Both the position numbers and the translations under genes were made by a program. A stretch of 58,062 nucleotides of DNA, the filler included, from Porpidia crustulata (Eukaryota), in assembly GCA_964255105.1 (NCBI GenBank). It is 6 parts of 6 records of this genome, joined end to end, with 100 filler letters (N's around TTAATTAATTAA, not from the genome) between each part and the next. Parts side by side here need not be neighbours in the genome. Positions count along the whole stretch, not along the records: positions 9,712 to 19,319 come from CAXUWE010000911.1; positions 19,420 to 29,025 come from CAXUWE010000912.1; 4 more parts are not named here. One strand, written 5' to 3'. Below the pieces are notes generated by a model. The model did no database searches. It saw only the letters and a program-made list of their open reading frames with translations, and was not told where the DNA came from. Positions 13,401 through 23,969 of this stretch are shown piece after piece (within the stretch, counting starts at the first letter, position 1; the number at the start of each line of letters is the position of its first letter).

Positions 13401-13748
13401 TCGGAGCCAGGACGACTTAGCGGTCCCACTATCCTTATATTCAAACGGTATAGCTTCCCGGGCAAACGATCGTTTTGTTTCTTCTGGTGGGTTATTGGTC
13501 CAATCGTGCTCTCCGTGTACTTCTATGTTGGGATTCGAAGCATCTGTCCACTTTCCGTCGCTCAGTCTGCTCAACGATGACAACGGCCGACCAACGGAAA
13601 TTCGCTTCCGCAACCGAAAAGTTGGAGCAGACACTGATTGTGAGGCTTGGGAAGGCGTCGACGGGAGCATCGATGGAGGATGGACTTCATTGACACTCGT
13701 ATACGATTGAGCTTTGCGCTTGTTCTTCGACGTAGGTCTGAGAACCAT
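10422..13748 (-). CDS. Large Ser/Pro-rich hypothetical protein (1108 aa, single long exon)
   Basis: 3.3 kb uninterrupted ORF, mostly disordered, with conserved-looking blocks LHLRSQSVP, SEDWDNDFEF, QASVHGQFGQVKELTLLVEELKRL, LPFDTTSLRDLVTRAGVVTRALKE. Confidence 0.85.
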   Translation of the reverse strand: MVLRPTSKNKRKAQSYTSVNEVHPPSMLPSTPSQASQSVSAPTFRLRKRISVGRPLSSLSRLSDGKWTDASNPNIEVHGEHDWTNNPPEETKRSFAREAIPFEYKDSGTAKSSWLRRMSTLSSLKSESGISTPPRPGSTFSMSNGSTANGSTAPILPTISDASPTVAPRNKLVKRSTSQRALQSSKPMHSTLRRPATSHQRSATLQQRHFYDEESIPQASYRQSLPFEDLQEDKFPSEESARTWQPFFKSKPLQVIKDGPARKRAANGVINRNESPRSIVPGINELPTLLLATSITPRSSDDTVDDVSPQVSSQKRPTTSSGFDSFVSPTDKTMSDDSVDSTVVPKRSFSITDMFPSPSPSTWKIPRSGSLRRRSKDTNRTSNGRRIASAPQSSIRRQPAIYPQGQSGFGTQTRIWSPGRGGDSTYETDSEPLEAYDRPSSSPLPPLHRSSTFDIQLPNIAPSYPTSPQPEKSSSSLRLSSPPSPSISSPQEPPTNTYKFSRSLRIPSDRASTLLGSDNENSRFMSGDEDDGDGRSDTVYDSLRTGATGSSHSGVRRLPIETVFDESPPAGLSKAKLFALHDLEPNDLFTESRSKRHRVAEEQSISPISARAAGSCKDGLDPTPVHIADSITHSPDLSSSPPTANLELKLRRILDRGMEASQDDETWSLEDMETGNADFGHGLLDSPSDNRLNRLPIPSELNSVDPKLFDSELSDPQDTPSKPNIFDWSEQPLIEKTSPQGTSPRPRTVHGKNTKESRGSRLSGRRGPSALHLRSQSVPVPPEASGHRNHNTTQKLESWILGHKGVSEDWDNDFEFDEPIRPNKQSSSGSDIARSASGMLVPPAIMERQASVHGQFGQVKELTLLVEELKRLQQQAGAQGIMQGQSSELWKEAEGIINLATLDDDEQDIFARSPSNEFDPFEEDSPASHRRRRSGLPATGEESLNDNNETPSSQTPSRSTPDRSRYETPPVIRPRRESTATAKSALETIHQQRNHYNPALLDSKSSQKKLPFDTTSLRDLVTRAGVVTRALKEIVRRAENAPLSPKPVDLTPQDPPFSHMFQNPPSSPSAGSKIPRVNQSPKNGKFLGGTISGNDNEINGHMTMMTVV

Positions 13749-16700
13749 AGATTGTCGAGGGTTTCCAAAAGCGAGGCCAACTGCGGCAACGCCAACAGTT
13801 CCAATTGCACAAAGCTGTTCATATCCACGGAGATTAGTCTAAACTCGTGCGTTCGTTTGTAGTCATGTAGGATCAGCCGGAACGGCACTGAGTAACTCGG
13901 CCGCAACTTTGAAGAAGACAGCCTCTAAAGTTGGCGGGAGTGTCACGCGAGGAGAGACGTACGGTTGGCACAGCCTCCATTACCTTACGAGCGTCTGTCA
14001 CGACCGACCGCTGCACATCTCATCGCATCTGAGCTCAGACGTCGCGAAACAGACCTGGTAGACCCGTGACCTCATCCAAGTGGCATGGAGTGGAGTGGAA
14101 TGGCAGCTTGACGGAGACGAGCGAAAGGGACGAGGTTCGGGGGGCGGAAAGCAGTGACCGCAAAAACGACGGTAATTAGAAGTGAACGAATCAGGGAAAC
14201 GACCGGCAGGCTGGTCCACGGTAAAGCAATAGAAGTGTGGTTGAAAAGGTTCGGCGTTGAGCGTCTCAGTGGTTCGTAACTGTTTGAACCGGTACCATGA
14301 TACTGGTTGGTTTAAGTGAGGTTCAGCCCATAAGAAGCGTAACGAGGGAACGAGGATTAACTCCAGGTAGTCTGCCCGCTAATTACAAGCCCCCGGGCTG
14401 TAGTAAACCCGATGCGCCAATCAGATGCCATCCGTCTCTGGCCAAAATCTTAACGGTTTATTGCGTGTTTGGGAGCGTGTTGGCAGCTGTCTGCGGAAGA
14501 TGCCCAACGCTGGATTGCTCCAATTGCTCACGACTACAACTACGGTGTAAAGATCTGATCGGATGCCATTGGATGATGCACGAGGCATCATCCGCATTTC
14601 AAATCACAGATACTGTTACTATGGCCATGCGGGGCGAGTGTGCAGCCGTGGGGACAAGCATGCAATGACCGGGTCTCTATGACCCTTTGCCTGCGAGCTT
14701 GCGAGCCTGCTGGTTATGCGGCGCTGTATCATTCCACCGGCAACGGGACTATCTGCGTGGGTATTGAGTCAAACAGACCGAGCTTACCTCGATAGCGGGC
14801 TGTACACTTCCCCTCCGCAGTTCAGCCGCCAAGAGGTCGGACGAGCATTCTGAATCGTCACTTTTCCGTCGTAATTGTTCAGCCATTATTCTGCCAGTTG
14901 AGTCCAGCAACTCTGGCAGCAGTGGGCGGTGATAAGTACAAGCACTTGGTCGTATGCGGACAAGTAGCCACATAAAGACCCTCCTTAAAACTTCGTCCCG
15001 AATGGCGGTCGAGCTGGCGGAGCTGGAACTCCACTCCAGACTAGGATATCCCTAGGTGGGTTGCCTTGAAGGATTACAACTTACAACACAGCAGTTAAGT
15101 GAGTGCGGCACCTTGCCGGCAGAGGGGAAACAGGATGATGCGTCGTGGAACTCGCACGTTATACTACTGCTGTTGTCTCCAGACTACAAATGCACCGAAT
15201 GTTTCGACGGCCCCAATCAGGGACCGTAATTGACAGACGAGGGCCCACACTCACGCCATGTCGCCATGGGCCACCAGCCATGTTGATCGATTCATGAGAG
15301 CGACAGGGTCTGGCTATGGGTATCAGGGTATGCCGTATGGGGTGTAGGAGGGATTGGGCTAAGAGGCTGCGTCTTTTCCAAGTCGCTTAAAAGCAAGTTA
15401 TGGGCCACGGCGGGTCTGAGTCTCAGGTCTTTTTTACGTATGGATGTTACTGTATGTGGATAGCAGTAGTAGCACCTTAGTAGCAGCAAGGTATAAGTCA
15501 GCAGCAAACTTTGTCATTTGCACGGCAAGCTTCAGTGGGGTAAGTCAAGGGTGGTCCGAAGCACCTAAGGGACTCTATTTCTAGGCACGGATGCCGATGA
15601 TCTAAGTAGATAGGTATTCGATGAAATATCGACTATTCGATGATGAATACTGCTCAGTACCAACAAGGCTCTGAAGTGCCCTGATAGCATATGGACCGAG
15701 ACCATGCTATCGAGCTTCTTTATCAAGTTGATGGTGTGAGCGAGGCGATGTCGGGTACAGTGCGGGTTTCACAAGTCCTGGTCCGGACCGCAGCCACTTT
15801 GTGTTTCTTTTCTTCGTAGATTGATTTATCGTCACTTGTGTCGTTTGTAAGACCTGAGGCTCGTGCCATACCTGTCGGTTACGGGCAAAAGGGGAAAGAC
15901 GATCTCGATTTGGTGAAAGGCCGATTGTAGCCATAGTAGTGTGTCTCCCCACTCGTCTCAGCTCAATCAAGAAATGGGGATGACAAGCTTGAAGCCACTG
16001 AGCCAGGCTACACTACGGCCGATCAGATTACAGGGATCAAATACGACGGAGGGCGATCCCAACTGATCCTCAAAAATGGTCGGCCGCCTAGGCAGGATGC
16101 TTGGGTGCAATGCGGGACATGAGCGAGGAAACCGAGAGGTCCAACATTTCCCTGCGTTCCATGGAACTTGGGAAGGACGTGACATTGGTCCATCACGTCA
16201 GGCATGATTCTCTGGGCTTCCATCTTAGTCGTCCTTTGGCAACTGCAAGTCATCCATCACGTCGTAAGGTTAACGTGCGTTCACCGCTTAAGTCCCTCTG
16301 GCAACTGTCATGGACAAGATTGATTGACATCTGTTTCCAGCCCGGATCCAACGTCGCCCTGATTTGCCATAGACCGTTAGTCACTGTGCTACAAACAGAC
16401 GCAGAGAGCAAGTCAGGTCCACTAAAATGTCTCATTACTAAGTTGATGCGTGTCTGTACGCGACTTTGGGTGACGTGATGATTGGCTGAGAATTGCTGCA
16501 GATGAAAAAAGCCGATTACGGCTGCAAGATCAACTTCCGCTTCCTTGCTCTTAGGCGCGGCACAAGAGATGATAGTATCATATCATTATTATTGATATAA
16601 TTAATTGTTGTTTATAGGCACGGTAGGCTGTAGGCTGCAGGCTGTAGCCTGTCAGGACGTGTCAATCATCAAAGTGTAGCGAAATTGCCACGCCACTATC

Positions 16701-16801
16701 TCCACTATCTCCACTGTCCAGTCAACAATCTCCCGTAACCACCAACTACGAATTTCGTATCACGGTACGCAATAATTTGGAAATTGGGAGTGAGCGTAGC
16801 C

Positions 16802-19319
16802 ATGGAGGCAGAGATAAAAGCACAGATCCCTGCTGTGGATCCAGTAATTGCGACTTATGCTCAGGTAGCCTTAGCCCCCAGCCCTAAGCCCCAATCTCTG
16901 TGCGGAGGATATAATTGCATTGTATATCCAATCGAGTAGTGCTGACACTATCAAAGGGCTATCTCGATCATGCCTCTCAACAGTATACTTCAGAGGCGGA
17001 TGCTGGTCAATCCCCTCTTGACGAGGCTGCCGAGACCATTACTGCTCTGCTAGTATCTGCATCAGGGGACTTCTCGGATCAGAATGCAACGTCAATCCGT
17101 AATCTAGTTGACAAGTTCATTTCCAAGCTCAGCGCTACGAATGGCGTTGATGGCGAGAAGAGGCAGATGGCGTTGGTGACCCGGAAGCTGGATCATGCCA
17201 TTCAAGTTGGATCACAGCGTAACATCTCCTCAACTCTGGGGCTTGCCGGGGGCGTCGTCGATCTTGAATCTGCCAATACCAAAAAGGTAGAGTCTCGAGT
17301 AGACAGAAAGAAATTGGAGAAAGCAGAGAGAAAGATCCAGGCAAAGCAGGAAAGGAAGGTCATGAAAAACGTAGAGTATGAAGCATCGAGGTTACTTGAT
17401 CAGCCAGATGATGCTCAATCGTACGAAGAATTTTTCATGCAAGTCAATCCGCTGCAACTAGGAGCCGATCAGGCATCGAAGAGCAAGGATATCAAAGTCG
17501 ATGGCGTCGATGTATCGATCGGTGGCAAGCGTATTCTCACCGATACGACTTTAACCATGGCCTTTGGTCGCCGCTACGGTCTAGTGGGTCAGAACGGCAT
17601 TGGAAAGAGTACTCTTCTGCGGGCTCTGAGTAGAAGAGAGTTGGCCATCCCTACGCACATCTCAATTCTCCATGTTGAGCAAGAGGTGTGGAACTGCTCT
17701 TTGTTGAGATCCCATCGTTATGAGATTGATACTGACATTTAATTTTCTGCAGATCACTGGTGACGATACACCTGCGTTACAAGCAGTGTTGGATGCCGAT
17801 GTCTGGCGGAAGCACCTGCTTGCTGAGCAAGAAGTATGAGCTCAGAGACTTCCATGGCTGGACTAGGATTAACGACCTCACAGAAAATCAGCAAAGAACT
17901 TGCCCAAATTGAAATTGAGCGATCTTCCATGGCAGATACTTCAACCGATGCGACGCGCATAGATGCGCACCGAGAAGGGCTTGATACTACCCTGAGTGAC
18001 ATCCATGCTAAATTATCTGAAATGGAATCGGATAAAGCAGAGTCTCGAGCTGCAAGCATCCTGGCAGGTCTTGGGTTTTCCGAAGAGCGCCAACACTATG
18101 CCACCAAGACTTTCTCGGGAGGATGGAGAATGAGACTGGCGTTAGCAAGAGCGTTATTCTGCGAGCCTGATCTTCTATTACTTGATGGTAAGATACTTAC
18201 GATTGACGTTGAGATGAGCCGCTAAAGACGATGTAGAACCGTCGAACATGTTGGACGTCCCATCAATCACTTTCCTATCAAACTATCTCCAGGGATATCC
18301 CAGTACTTTACTCGTGGTTTCACACGACAGGGCGTTCCTGAATGAAGTAGCCACCGATATCATACACCAACATTCAGAGCGCTTGGACTACTACAAAGGC
18401 GCCGATTTCGGTCCATCCCCCCTATTCCCCGAATTTGATCTCTCCCCACTAACACCTGCCAGACTCCTTTTACGCCACCAAAGAAGAACGCCGCAAAACC
18501 GCCAAACGTGAATATGAAAACCAAATGACAGTCCGCGCTCACCTCCAATCCTTCATCGACAAATTCCGCTACAACGCCGCCAAATCCTCCGAAGCCCAAT
18601 CCCGGATCAAGAAACTTGAGAAAATGCCCGTCCTGGAGGCCCCCGAATCCGAATACATCGTCCACTTCAAATTCCCCGACGTCGAAAAACTCTCCCCGCC
18701 CATCATCCAAATGACCAACGTCTCCTTCGGCTACACGCCCGACAAACCCCTCCTCGCCCACATCGACCTCGACGTCCAACTCGACTCCCGCATCGGCATC
18801 GTCGGCCCCAACGGCGCCGGCAAAACCACCGTCCTCAAACTCCTCATCGGCCAGCTCACCCCGACCAAAGGCCTCATCTCGCAGAACCCCCGGCTCCGCG
18901 TCGGCTTCTTCGCCCAGCACCACGTCGACGCCCTCGACATGGCCGCCTCCGCCGTCGGCTTCATGGCCAAAACTTTCCCGGGCAAGCAGGACGAAGAGTA
19001 CCGCCGCCACCTCGGCGCCTTCGGCATCACCGGCATGACCGGCCTGCAGAAAATGGCCCTCCTCTCCGGGGGCCAGAAATCCCGCGTCGCCTTCGCCTGC
19101 CTCAGCCTGACGAACCCGCACATCCTTGTGCTGGACGAGCCGTCGAACCACCTCGACATCGAGGCCATGGACGCGCTTTCGCTCGCGCTCAACCGCTTCC
19201 AGGGCGGCGTGCTCATGGTCAGTCATGATGTGACGATGCTGCAGACGGTGTGCACGAGCTTGTGGGTGTGCGATGGTGGGAGGGTGGAGAAGTTCGAGGG
19301 GGATGTGAAGGCGTATAAG
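16802..19319 (+). CDS. GCN20: ABC-F family translational regulator Gcn20, 3' end cut by contig break
   Basis: Two ABC domains without TM segments: GQNGIGKST, FSGGWRMRLALARAL, LLLD|EPSNML; GPNGAGKTT, LSGGQKSRVAFA, VLDEPSNHLD; first exon MEAEIKAQIPAVDPVIATYAQ; about five introns. Confidence 0.93.
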
Positions 19320-19419
19320 NNNNNNNNNNNNNNNNNNNNNNNNNNNNNNNNNNNNNNNNNNNNTTAATTAATTAANNNNNNNNNNNNNNNNNNNNNNNNN
19401 NNNNNNNNNNNNNNNNNNN
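19320..19419. other. Artificial contig spacer
   Basis: Same N-TTAATTAATTAA-N linker. Confidence 0.98.
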
Positions 19420-20722
19420 GTCTGTAGGTATAGTTAGAGGATTGGTAATGGGAAGACGTTGAAATATCGAACGTGACACATAGCGTAGTCGCTCAATCGT
19501 AACCACGGTCGCATCGCACGGAAACCCGACCATCCCTTTCAAACAAAATCCCGCTTCCTTCGCACCGTCTCGCGCTAAACCCCAGCAGGGTAGTCACGTG
19601 ACCGAAACTTTCCCTCAGGCACCCCATTTTGCAGTAGCCAGCTCCCACTAGAAGGATAATTCACACTGAGATTCCCAGAGAGAAGGGCACCCAGTGAGCA
19701 GAATTTTTATGCAGTAAGGGTATATTGACGCCTTTGACTCTGGAAGTGGGAGACGGGAGGGACAAAAGAGGTGGAGAGGCAGGAAAATCTATAAGAATGG
19801 TTTTGCAGACAAAACACGATTCGGAAAAGGGCGAAAATAGAACTTGTAGCGTGACATCTGTAACTGCTGGTGCATTACATGTTATTAAATTACTAGGTAG
19901 GTTGGTTGAGGTTGCATGGCATAGAGGAACTGCGAGAACGAAAATTGAAATTTTGGCGGATATTGTTTGTGTATGATCTGAGTTCGGTAGGTTGGGAGGG
20001 AGTGGTAAAGGTCGCTGGTGAGGGGGCGTTGAGGAGTGTTGATTGGGCATGGAAGAGAGGGGGTGGGGGTGGAGAAGGCAGATTGATGCACGGAAAAGCG
20101 GAAAAGTGCATGGATGCGTACAGACCTCGCCGGCTGAATTTTGGATACAATTGGGGATCCGGCAATGGGTGGATAGGATATGTTGTTTATTTGCTTTGCT
20201 GGTCGTGGCTGTAACCCGCTTGCATGCTTGTTGTTGTTGTTAGATTTGTCGTTGAAGGATCCGCAATGCATGCACAAAGGCCTAGGGCTGGTATTAGGCC
20301 GATAGATTGAAAACGTTTCCATTTCAGACCCCGGTACCATCCCAAGTGAAAGGTCTGCTGTGTCGGCTTGTTTCATGTCTTTCCTGCTGCTCGTACGTCC
20401 GTGGGGTAAGTAGAATCTTTCTGGAACATGCGTGTCAGGAGATCAAATTTTGCTCGCGAGGATCTGTGACGCCAAGTATCTACAAACCACGTAAATTTCA
20501 TGTATAGCGTATTAGACGTCTGAAAAAATGAGATGCAGAATGCGCGCAGGACCTGCGTGTAGAAGAGTCCAAACCCATGGATATACCTTACAAACCCAAC
20601 GCCTCCCAATTTGATTTGACTGTGCATTCTTTTTACTCCACCAAATGGTACCGACTTTGTAGCTCAGCTAAAGGTGGAGGTGGACTTGATAAACCATTAA
20701 TGCTTATCAAAAGAGTATTCCT

Positions 20723-22049
20723 CTAGGCCAGATATGACACGTACCCTTTTGAATCACGAACATCAACAAGGCTATGTGGTGGATGCGGAGACGCGACGTT
20801 ACGAGGTCCGTCGTATGCGGTAGTATCACTGTACCGACTGGAAGGTCTGTAGCCATCGAGCGGCGGCGAAGAAAGCTCGGCCACTTCGGTCTGTTGGGCA
20901 TATTTCGGGTACGGCGGAGCAGCCTGGCCGGGGTATTCTCCAAATCTAGCGTCGCCTGGGCTATACGGCATTGAGGGTGTTTGAGGCGAGAACGGACTGA
21001 GATGCGGTGCCATCATGTCTGGTCCAGGCGGTTGTTGGTTTGCGACGTGATGGTCTCGCTTCAGGAACTGGATCATGGTCCTGTGACGGGCGAAGAAATA
21101 GAGTAAAGTTCCGATCAGTGCTAGAACGGCAATTCCACCAACCACAATACCTGCAATTGCACCTGATGATAGCTTGCTGTCATGGGTAGTTGTCGTGCTC
21201 TGAGATGAAGCAGGACTTGTTGCGGCTGGTGAGCCGGACGTAGATGTGCTCGAGGGCATCGAGCTCAGTACTTCTGCCGTTGGGAGGCTTTCCCCGGGAG
21301 CGACCATATACGGCGCTGCCTTGGCTTTTTGTATTTGTGTTGCTAAGGTGGCAGTTGCGTTCTGGATGAGTTAGTAACGAAAATATGGCCCATCGCCCAA
21401 AGTAGCCAATTCTTACCGGATTTATAACCCCAACCATCCCGTTTTGTTGACATGATCCAGGAGCGGCACAATAGAAGAAGACAGGGTTGGTATCGTTGAC
21501 TGTTAGATTCCAAGCCGGCGGCTGTATGATCGATCTGAGTAAATCCATCGGTAACACCAGACGCTCAAACCTACATTGCTGAGTATCGTACTGACTGGGA
21601 AGAAGCCCGACCAAAAGCCGACTTTATCTCTTCCAGTTTGTTCGTATGGAATACATGGTATTTGGTACTCGGCGCGGGCGACCGAATGATTTGGTGGAAA
21701 GAATTGAAATTCTTCTTGGTGATTAGATATCAATTCGCTCTGTACGTCCAGGTAAAGCTATGCTCACCGATAATATCACCAACAGCTGCTTCAATGGTAT
21801 CCGGATCAAATCGATTCTCTGCCTGATGCAGACATCTGTTCAGTATCTCTATCACTCTCCAGGCGCTGAAGGATTGCGGTAAAGCGTATCATTCCTTACC
21901 TTTCCTACAGAAACAGTATGGACTTGGACTGTACTTGTCGATGAAACTGCTTGGCTTGTTGAAGATGGAGCGTTTCCATTTGACGTTTTCTGGCAGGATC
22001 CCAATCCAGCAGTAATCGCAATGCACAAAAGAGTCACAACGAATAACAT
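20723..22049 (-). CDS. Secreted/membrane Ser/Thr-rich protein with cupredoxin-like domain and one TM helix (3' end uncertain)
   Basis: Signal peptide MLFVVTLLCIAITAGLG; VHTVSVGK, FQFFPPNHSVARAEY-PCIP, FWSGF, PVFFYCAAPGSC-GMVGVINP; TM GAIAGIVVGGIAVLALIGTLLYFF; multi-exon; may continue through a further intron past 20723. Confidence 0.85.
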
Positions 22050-23969
22050 TTTGAGATATATCTTTGACCTAAGGCGCCGTCTCCAATTGATATTGTCAAA
22101 ACTTCTAGAATGAAAGGGAAAGAGAGGATCAGAGATTGTCCACCTGTCAATAATATCTCTTGTGTAAGGCTGGAATCCTCACCCACCATTGCCAATTTGC
22201 CATCACACCAAGAGAAGTTCGGAACTCACTGATAGGCCAGGCTCAAGGGGCTGATGGCGCCACAGAACGCCTGACTGTTGGTTTTGTTTGATGATTTGCA
22301 TGTTTCTTCGGCACTGCTGCAGCTCGTAAACCTCGGATCGGTGCATAGTCTCTCGGTAAGCACTAAAAATGCGAGGATGAAGATTGTAAGGACCGGATCA
22401 GATGTCTCTCTAGAGGCTGGAGAGTGAAGTCTGAATGTCTAACTACCTGAATACTAGGTACAGTGTCCCCCCGAAGCATTGGGCCGGGTCATGACGCTAC
22501 CGGCTGTGTACTGGTCTAAGCTGACACCCGTCGGTCTTCGTGTCCGACAGTCTAAGCGTACTAGTGTAGGAACTTTTGACATTCAATTCAGAAGAGAGAT
22601 CGACATGGACGAAGGTTCCTACACGATTGCTTCGAATAGAAGTTTGGCCGGCAGGCATTCGAAAAAGCAATACAATGCACCACAGCCCCTGCTCTAGCGC
22701 TCTATCTGCATTCTCGCTCCTAAAACTGCTTGAAGTATGGTGGTACCAGAGCCTGACTTAGCAGGGTTTCCGGCGGTGCCTTGAGGGACTGGATGAATCG
22801 TTTTTCTCTCTTCGATGGTGTGGTCAGCTAGAGCTGCACTGACAGATTATATATCTACGAATTGCTTGGTTGATTTGCATCGCATGGTGTGCGCCAAAAT
22901 CCAGTTGTGGCGAAGTAAACATTTGTTGTGTAACACAACCCTTCCCGCGAAGTTTCTGGCCGCCGTACAAGCCCTACGAGTATGCGTTCATGGCGTTCTC
23001 CAACATCTTTTTGTTATCCAATCGTGAATAGATAGTGCTCACTCCCCTCAGATCCTACAATTCCAAGCCTCGATCGGCCACGTGTGAGATATATGGCACG
23101 GTGGGATGGAAATACTACTGTAAAGTGCAACTTTAGAACTAGCCTACAGACAATCGATGGCACATCTGATGGTTTCATGTCCACCGTCCAAACTAGAATA
23201 AAAGTATCTGGGGAGAACACTGTAAGCTGTACTTGAATTGCAAGTCTAGAAGCCAACAGCGCTCGTATTAACATCGATGTTCTCATGGATTATCCTGATA
23301 GAGTCAATCCTCATGCTTTCAATTAGGTAGTACATCTATTCGAATCCTGCCAAAATCCTGATCATTATTCAACTCTCCAATCTTCAACTCATTTCTTTGG
23401 TAGATACATGTCTCAATTGGTAATTCGAGGATGATTTAGTCAAGTACCCAATGTAAGATAGTGACTAGAAGCTGTTTGAACAGAGCTCGTCCTCGACTAT
23501 AACAGCCGCTAGATACTTTCAAGCCTTAGCAAATAGGTACCTTGATAGGTTCGCCAGACTACTTCATGGCAATGTATTTTGTTTCCATTTATTATTATGT
23601 TGGCAGTAGGACTGTAAGAGCACACTATATCACTAAACCATCCTGAAGTTCATAGCGTGATAGGAAACCTTACAACAGACCAGATACGTACAGAGTAAAG
23701 GCAATTGACCCCAAATTGAACAATCGAAAATAAAAAATCTAGAATAAAAAGGTCGAAAGCACTACACTTGGTACTGCAGCCACCTTTAGCTAGCTGTAAT
23801 ATGCCTAATATCATAGATTGAGGCTATACACACCTTTTGCCCCTAAATTAAAATTCCTTCCCCCTGTGCTCTAGCGAAACGCGTGACGATGTTCATATAA
23901 GGCGAGTGGGCGGTAACCTATGTAATCTATCGGCCTCCGTAGCATTGAAAGATCGACTTGCAACAAAGC

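Noticed and set aside
15639..15684. Possible box C/D snoRNA (ATGATGA...CTGA) containing CTGCTCAGTAC
   Set aside because: Too short, no terminal stem, and the rRNA-like word is in sense rather than guide orientation
18360..19226. 288-aa and 161-aa minus-strand ORFs
   Set aside because: Antisense shadows of the GC3-rich last exon of GCN20
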